Shown here: one piece after another, positions 58,118 through 64,000 of the stretch
How the letters are laid out: every line of letters starts with the position of its first letter
How positions within the stretch are numbered: the first letter of the stretch is position 1
Origin: Candidatus Thorarchaeota archaeon
GTDB lineage: Archaea > Asgardarchaeota > Thorarchaeia > Thorarchaeales > Thorarchaeaceae
Length of the DNA stretch: 64,000 nt
Direction: 5' to 3'
NCBI GenBank assembly: GCA_048884785.1
Contig: JBHLQM010000002.1
Location: 33,044 to 97,043 of the forward strand
The notes under the pieces: model-generated
The model's input: only the letters and a program-made list of their open reading frames with translations
The model's database searches: none
Told to the model about the DNA's origin: nothing
Made by a program: the position numbers and the translations under genes

Positions 58118-58903
58118 ATGTCCGAAGAGATAGTACTCTATGAGGAAATTGGAAGCGTTGCTAAAATCACAATTAATCGGCCTAGCAAATACAACGCCCT
58201 GAATGTCAGTGTTGTTAACAGAATATCTGAAATGATGAAAAAAGCTGAGAACGACCCTAGGATCAGGGTGGTTGTCCTTACTGGAGCAGGTGACAAAGCG
58301 TTTGCAGCTGGAGCTGATATTTCAGAGTTTGTTGATAAGACAGGAGAAGAAGTGAAACCGTTAGTGCAGAATGGTCAGGGTCTTTGCACCTATATAGAAT
58401 CTATGTCTAAGCCTGTAGTCGCCGCCATCAATGGATTTGCCCTAGGAGGCGGCTGCGAGATTGCCATGGCATGTGATATTCGTTATGCTTCTGCAAATGC
58501 TAGGTTCGGTCAACCAGAGATTAATCTTGGGATTATTCCGGGATACGGTGGGACAGTACGTCTACCTCGTCTCGTAGGATTAGGAATGGCGAAAGAGCTT
58601 GTATATTCGGGAGATAATATCAAAGCAGACGAAGCACTCCGAATTGGATTGGTTAACAAGGTCTTTGCCACTATTGATGAACTTCACGCAGGAACAATGG
58701 AAATGGCAAATAAACTGGCAACAAAGCCAGGTGTAGCTTTAAAGCTAGCTAAGCAGTCCTTGAATAAGGCATGGGAAGTTCCTCTAGCAGAGAATCTTGG
58801 ATTTGAAGTTGATGTATTCTGTGTGACCTTTGACACAGAGGATAAAGTTGAAGGTGTCGATGCATTTCTCAACAAACGCGAAGCCAAGTTCTCTCACAAA
58901 TAA
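58118..58903 (+). CDS. Enoyl-CoA hydratase (crotonase)
   Basis: AFAAGADI, AINGFALGGGCE, QPEINLGIIPGYGG. Confidence 0.95.
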   Translation: MSEEIVLYEEIGSVAKITINRPSKYNALNVSVVNRISEMMKKAENDPRIRVVVLTGAGDKAFAAGADISEFVDKTGEEVKPLVQNGQGLCTYIESMSKPVVAAINGFALGGGCEIAMACDIRYASANARFGQPEINLGIIPGYGGTVRLPRLVGLGMAKELVYSGDNIKADEALRIGLVNKVFATIDELHAGTMEMANKLATKPGVALKLAKQSLNKAWEVPLAENLGFEVDVFCVTFDTEDKVEGVDAFLNKREAKFSHK

Positions 58904-58948
58904 GTAGTCATCAGGATTCTTCTCTTGAATTTGAGGAGAATCCCTTGC

Positions 58949-59881
58949 CTACTTGAGGTATATTGTTGTCCCATCAAAATCGATGATTCCCCTCTCTACC
59001 ATATCTTCAACATGCTTGAGCAGCATATATTCCTCAAAGATTACATACGGTGCATATGGTATGCGCGGATAAATAGTCGGGATGCTGGCCAACTTCTCAA
59101 TTGTGTCGAGTCCCTCGCCTATTGATTTTATAATCTTCTTTTCTCTAGTATCAATTACAGCAAGATAGTTCTGAAGTTTGTGGGGTATATCCTCCACCAC
59201 TGGATCTATGAGGTGACTACTAATTCCTACTTTGGGCTCAAAATCAATAACCTTCTTTATTGATTTGCGGAAATCAGAAATATTGCTCACAAGGTTTCCA
59301 TACCATGGTCCAAACTGTGTAAGATCGATGTCAACAAGAAGAAGGGTTTCATAGCCGTTAACACCGATAATGGTATGGTCATGTGTATGTCCAGGTGTGT
59401 GAATAGGAATGAGCCGTGTGTCGCCAATGCCTATTGATTCTCCATCGGCGAAAGTCCCTGTTACTTCGTAGTCGGCAAAGACGTGAGGCATAATGGATTC
59501 TATATATTGCCTCCATACATCATAGAGTCTATGCTCCTTGATTCCATAGACCTCAACGATGCCGCCAATCGTTTCTATGCCTTTCTTTGCCAGCGGATGA
59601 CAGATAATATCGCAGTTGGATTGAAGCTGAATTGATGCAGCGTGCCCTTTGTGATCAATGTGGAAATGTGTGAGGATAATCTGCTCTATATCAGCAATCG
59701 AATGTCCTAAGTCTGCAAGTGTTTTTGAAATGTTCTCAACGCTTGTACCCGCATCAACTAGTGTTAGTGGAGATTCATCAACTACAAGACTATTTGCCTC
59801 TGGAAACCTTGCTCGATTCTCTCCTCTAACAAGGTGAACATTCGGAGCGACTTCAATATGAATGGAATAATTCGCCGACAT
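58949..59881 (-). CDS. Metallo-beta-lactamase-fold hydrolase
   Basis: THFHIDH, TPGHT, SSH. Confidence 0.88.
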   Translation of the reverse strand: MSANYSIHIEVAPNVHLVRGENRARFPEANSLVVDESPLTLVDAGTSVENISKTLADLGHSIADIEQIILTHFHIDHKGHAASIQLQSNCDIICHPLAKKGIETIGGIVEVYGIKEHRLYDVWRQYIESIMPHVFADYEVTGTFADGESIGIGDTRLIPIHTPGHTHDHTIIGVNGYETLLLVDIDLTQFGPWYGNLVSNISDFRKSIKKVIDFEPKVGISSHLIDPVVEDIPHKLQNYLAVIDTREKKIIKSIGEGLDTIEKLASIPTIYPRIPYAPYVIFEEYMLLKHVEDMVERGIIDFDGTTIYLK

Positions 59882-59993
59882 TGCTAATGCGATTATTGGA
59901 TGGGTTTGATAACTGTGTCGGGGGAAATCCAATTAAGATGGATGGAGATTCATTTTGGACAATGGTCAGAAAAAAAGTCGCTACCATGAATAG

Positions 59994-61460
59994 GTGATGA
60001 GATTGAGCAGTCGTATCTTTGCAGTATTTGATATTGGAACCACCGGAGCTAGGTCAGTCCTTGTCGATGAAGAGGGGAGAGAGCTGTCTAAGGCATACGA
60101 AGAGTATCCTCCAATACCTCGAGAGCTTAATATTCACGAACAACTTTCTGATACCTTTTGGCGTACTGCCTGCAATACAATGCAAAGAGCAATCACGTCA
60201 CTAGATGCAGGAGCAGATGCTATTTCAGGCGTCATCGTCGCCACAACAAGAGATTGTCTCACTCCTGTTGACAAAATGGGCAACCCTTTGGGACCCACAG
60301 TCACATGGGTCGACAACAGGTCCACTGCAAAAAGCAAGGAGATGATGGCAGAAATAGGACCAAGAAAGAGCTGCAACAAACTCATGTGGTTTATTGAGAA
60401 CAAACCCACCCTCTTTGCCAAAGCATACAAGTTCATCCATCTTGATGCTTTCATTAATAACAGACTGTGTGGGGAAATGGTCAGCGAACCAGCAAACGCG
60501 CGATATGGTCCAATTGATCATGAAACACTTCAGTGGTCTGAGGAGCTCTGCCAAGCAACAGGCATTCCTATTGAGAAACTCGTTGAGATTGTTTCTCCGG
60601 GGCAAATCATTGGAGAGATCTCCAAAGAAGCAGCCAAGGTGACAGCACTACGTTCAGGAACCCCAGTGATAATGGGAAGCGGTGACCAGCAGTGTTCAGC
60701 ATTAGGAACTGGTACAATTAAGACTGGGCTCGTGAAAGCAACTACCGGCACTGGGACATTTGTGATTACTCACACAGAGGAACACATCGAGGACCCCTAT
60801 GTTATGTTCTCGAATCCTTCAGCAATGCCTGGAAAATGGATTCTTGAAGGTGCCATTCCCGGAACCGGCCTTGCCTATAAGTGGTACCGAGACAATTACT
60901 GTGAATCAGAAATTGCACAAGCGGCTAAATCCAACAGAGATGTCTATGATTTGATCGAATCTTCTGCTGCATCCGTCCCTGCAGGTAGTGATGGTCTCGT
61001 TGTGTTTCCTTTCATGGCATACAACAAAGGCATTTTCTATAACCTTGGCTTCAGACATACCAAAGGGCATGTTGCTAGGGCAATCATGGAAGCAAATGGA
61101 TTGGGTATACGCATGTATATAGAGATGCTTGAGGGAATGCTTGATGTTGAATTCGAAGAAATGAGAATTGATGGCGGAGGCTCGAATTCCCCATTGTGGA
61201 GGCAGATTCAGGCCGATTGTACGAATAAGACAGTTCTTCTTCCAAAATCAAAGGACTCGACTGCCATTGGAGCAGCAATGCTAGGAACGGTAGGCACAGG
61301 AATCTATGGCGATTTTGAGGAGGCGGTATCGAATATGTTTCAAGTTCAAGAGCGACGAAAGCCCATACCTGAGAATTATGATGTCTACACACAACTATAC
61401 ACTGTCTTCAACCAATTGCTAATAGCTGAACTACCTGCATTAATTGAACTAACATCATAG
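59994..61460 (+). CDS. FGGY-family carbohydrate kinase
   Basis: DIGTTG, GDQQC, TGTG, DGGGS, IQAD. Confidence 0.9.
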   Translation: MMRLSSRIFAVFDIGTTGARSVLVDEEGRELSKAYEEYPPIPRELNIHEQLSDTFWRTACNTMQRAITSLDAGADAISGVIVATTRDCLTPVDKMGNPLGPTVTWVDNRSTAKSKEMMAEIGPRKSCNKLMWFIENKPTLFAKAYKFIHLDAFINNRLCGEMVSEPANARYGPIDHETLQWSEELCQATGIPIEKLVEIVSPGQIIGEISKEAAKVTALRSGTPVIMGSGDQQCSALGTGTIKTGLVKATTGTGTFVITHTEEHIEDPYVMFSNPSAMPGKWILEGAIPGTGLAYKWYRDNYCESEIAQAAKSNRDVYDLIESSAASVPAGSDGLVVFPFMAYNKGIFYNLGFRHTKGHVARAIMEANGLGIRMYIEMLEGMLDVEFEEMRIDGGGSNSPLWRQIQADCTNKTVLLPKSKDSTAIGAAMLGTVGTGIYGDFEEAVSNMFQVQERRKPIPENYDVYTQLYTVFNQLLIAELPALIELTS

Positions 61461-61554
61461 GAAATGAATCCGAAAGCCTTCTATTGTCCTTGGTACTGAG
61501 TTCCCTTGTTCAGTCTAAAACAGAAAGGCCGAACTCATAGGAGATATCATCCCT

Positions 61555-63210
61555 TTGACAGAGTATGAAGTTATTGTCATAGGTGGCGGCAGTACAGGAA
61601 CTGCAGTGGCTAGAGATTGCGCAATGCGCGGAATGAGTACATTGCTACTTGAACGAGATGATATTGCATCAGGCACAGCTGGGACCTCTGCAGGCATGAT
61701 AAGCTCAGGTTTCAAGTATTATAGCGAACCAGAGGTTATGGATATCTGCTCACATGAAGTCATGCATCTGCGGCATATTGCCCGACATATTGCAGCCAAA
61801 CTACCAATTCTCTTCCCAATAATGGATCTTGGTGAGCTCGGATCAGCCAGAGGTGGGATGATGGAATATGAAAAGCGAGTAAAAGAACGAGGTGTCCCAC
61901 CTTTCTTGATTCTTACACCTGAAGACTCTCGGATGATTGAACCAATGTTGCACCCTGATATAATTGCGAGTGGGTATATTGAAGAGTTTTTCATTGATCC
62001 TTTCCGGCTCTGTATTCTGCAAGCAAAAGACGCCCAAGGACATGGTGCTGACATTCGGACATATTGCGAAGTTCTGGAAATCAATAGGGCGAATGGGAGA
62101 GTTGAGGGTGTTACATACTTCAATAGATTGACTGGCACAGTTGAAACCGCCAAATGCAAGGTCCTGGTAAATGCGGGTGGTCCTTGGGCCGATAGAATTG
62201 CTAAGCAGGCTGGACTTGATTTTGAATTGCGTCTAAACAAAGGCGCCCATATCATTCTTGACCGGCGTGTTGTAAATGTTGGAATTTCAACAAGGGCAGT
62301 AGATCGAAGATGGGCATACATGTTTCCACATGAAAACACCACTCTTATTGGTACTACGGCACTTGATACATGGGAAGACCCGGATCAGCTGACTACTACT
62401 CAAGATGAGATTGAATATCTTCTGAAAAGCCTAGAATTTGTTATTCCTTCTATTCGAGATGCGAGGATAATTCGTACAATGGAAGGCGTGCGTCCTATGG
62501 CTCCAATTTGGAAGGTGCCAGAGGATGAGGTTACTCGAGGATATGAAATAGTTGATCACGAGAAAGATGGTATAGATGGTTTTCTCTCATTTATCGGCGG
62601 CAAACTTGTAATGTGTCGCCACATGGCAGAAAGCGTCACAGACATGGTCGCCAAGAAACTTGGTAACACCTCTCCATGCAGAACACACTTGGAACCTCTC
62701 CCTGGGAACGAGGATGACATCGATGTCCTTTCGATTGCTAATGAATTTGGTATTTCGCAGCATGCAATTGAGCGATTACGGGCAAGACGAGGTACTGAGA
62801 TAGGAGAGATTCTCAAGTTGACCAACGACCATCCTTCATGGAAGTCGAACGTATGTACATGTGAACCTGTAATAGAAGCCGAGCTTAGATACGCGATTCG
62901 CAACGAATTTCCGCAGACTCTGAACGACTTAAGACGACGTGTTAGGCTTGGCACAGGTCCTTGTCAAGGCACATTCTGCACATACAAAGCCGCTTCAATC
63001 ATGGCAGAAGAGATGGAACTCAACGGACGGCAATTTCAGAATGATATCATGGATTTCCTGTCTGAAAGATGGAAAGGAAAACGTCCGCCCATTCGAGGTA
63101 TTGCACTTGCTCAAGAAGAACTTGTTCAAGGGATCTATGCATGTGTAGCAAATTTGGACCACACGAATATAGACTATGAACCTAAGCCTTGGGAGGACGC
63201 CTCTAAATGA
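61555..63210 (+). CDS. glpA: Anaerobic glycerol-3-phosphate dehydrogenase subunit A-like
   Basis: IGGGSTG...ARDCAMRG, GVRP, GGKL, BFD-like CTCE...CQGTFC. Confidence 0.85.
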   Translation: MTEYEVIVIGGGSTGTAVARDCAMRGMSTLLLERDDIASGTAGTSAGMISSGFKYYSEPEVMDICSHEVMHLRHIARHIAAKLPILFPIMDLGELGSARGGMMEYEKRVKERGVPPFLILTPEDSRMIEPMLHPDIIASGYIEEFFIDPFRLCILQAKDAQGHGADIRTYCEVLEINRANGRVEGVTYFNRLTGTVETAKCKVLVNAGGPWADRIAKQAGLDFELRLNKGAHIILDRRVVNVGISTRAVDRRWAYMFPHENTTLIGTTALDTWEDPDQLTTTQDEIEYLLKSLEFVIPSIRDARIIRTMEGVRPMAPIWKVPEDEVTRGYEIVDHEKDGIDGFLSFIGGKLVMCRHMAESVTDMVAKKLGNTSPCRTHLEPLPGNEDDIDVLSIANEFGISQHAIERLRARRGTEIGEILKLTNDHPSWKSNVCTCEPVIEAELRYAIRNEFPQTLNDLRRRVRLGTGPCQGTFCTYKAASIMAEEMELNGRQFQNDIMDFLSERWKGKRPPIRGIALAQEELVQGIYACVANLDHTNIDYEPKPWEDASK

Positions 63211-64000
63211 ATCTTGAAACAGATGTACTCGTAGTAGGAGGAGGAATGGCAGGGCTAGTTGCTGGCATAACTGCGTTACAGGAAGGAGCAAAGAGTATTG
63301 TTGTTCGCAAAGGTCAAGGAGCTACTGCAGACTCATCAGGTGCCATAGATGTTGCAGGGTATCTTCCTGGCGGTGAGGCACCATTTATCTCTCCTATTGA
63401 GGGTCTATCTGCATACGCGTCATTGCTTCCTTTTCATCCATACACAATTCTTGGCCGTACTGAATTTGGAGAAACAGATATCGAATTAATCGTTGATATT
63501 GTTCGCGAGGCTATCGATTGGCTCAAGAATAGTTTAGATAATTCTCACTCCTCTCTTATTGGATCGATTGACTCCAACATTGGTGCTCTATCCATCCTAG
63601 GTACTTGGAAACCTACGTGCCTTCTTCAGAAAACAATGCACACCGAGCATCTTGGGAATGAAGACGAAGTGCTTCTTTTTGCCGGAATTGCGGGTATGCC
63701 TAGTTTCGTTCCTTCATCCACAGCCAAGTCATTCATTGATTTGGTAATGTCTAGCGGAATTGGTACAAGAAAAGTTGTCCATACCATCATGGAAGATTTG
63801 AGCATTTCAAAACAGCCAAACCTCACAGAAATTGATGTGGCACGATTCATCGAAACCGAAGCAGGTCTCTTAGAAACTGCAAAATCATTGAAAAACCACG
63901 TTCAGAAATCGGGTGCAAGTCTTGTCGCTATTCCTGCAGTCATGGGAGTAGAAAATCCGCAAAAGGTGCGAGAATACCTGGAGAACGAAATCGGTGCAGA
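63207..64000 (+). CDS. glpB: Anaerobic glycerol-3-phosphate dehydrogenase subunit B-like; truncated by window end
   Basis: ATGA overlap; MNLETDVLVVGGGMAGL...SSGAIDV...LGTWKPT. Confidence 0.8.
   Translation, partial: MNLETDVLVVGGGMAGLVAGITALQEGAKSIVVRKGQGATADSSGAIDVAGYLPGGEAPFISPIEGLSAYASLLPFHPYTILGRTEFGETDIELIVDIVREAIDWLKNSLDNSHSSLIGSIDSNIGALSILGTWKPTCLLQKTMHTEHLGNEDEVLLFAGIAGMPSFVPSSTAKSFIDLVMSSGIGTRKVVHTIMEDLSISKQPNLTEIDVARFIETEAGLLETAKSLKNHVQKSGASLVAIPAVMGVENPQKVREYLENEIGA

Noticed and set aside
1-64000. CRISPR arrays, tRNA/rRNA, IS elements
   Set aside because: No spaced repeats, cloverleafs or transposase ORFs seen by eye; a tRNAscan/Infernal run would be needed to exclude small RNAs

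Overview
Gene-dense archaeal chromosomal window, most likely from an Asgard archaeon, probably Thorarchaeia. This is inferred from the archaeal proteasome alpha subunit, archaeal D-aminoacyl-tRNA deacylase, ADP-forming acetyl-CoA synthetase, thiolase+DUF35, GGTGA-type Shine-Dalgarno sites, a Rab-like protein, PCI/zinc-ribbon proteins and a TAT-less reductive dehalogenase. I saw no rRNA, tRNA, CRISPR array or transposase. Recognisable modules: arginine decarboxylase at the end of a four-gene operon with two dCache-HAMP membrane sensors; a LipS1/LipS2/Lpl/LipT-type lipoate assembly cluster; an RdhA-like enzyme; housekeeping genes; a large beta-oxidation/acetate/glycerol-phosphate catabolic region. 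Best novel signals: (1) a candidate selenoprotein missed by the ORF track (28453..29253, minus) with an in-frame TGA in a C-x-x-U motif and a eukaryote-like SECIS hairpin just past its stop; (2) a putative amine-sensing dCache-HAMP-TPR-vWA / dCache-HAMP / beta-propeller-PCI signalling operon linked to speA; (3) a Rab-like pseudo-GTPase next to an acidic poly-proline protein. All family calls come from motif recognition by eye; no searches were run.
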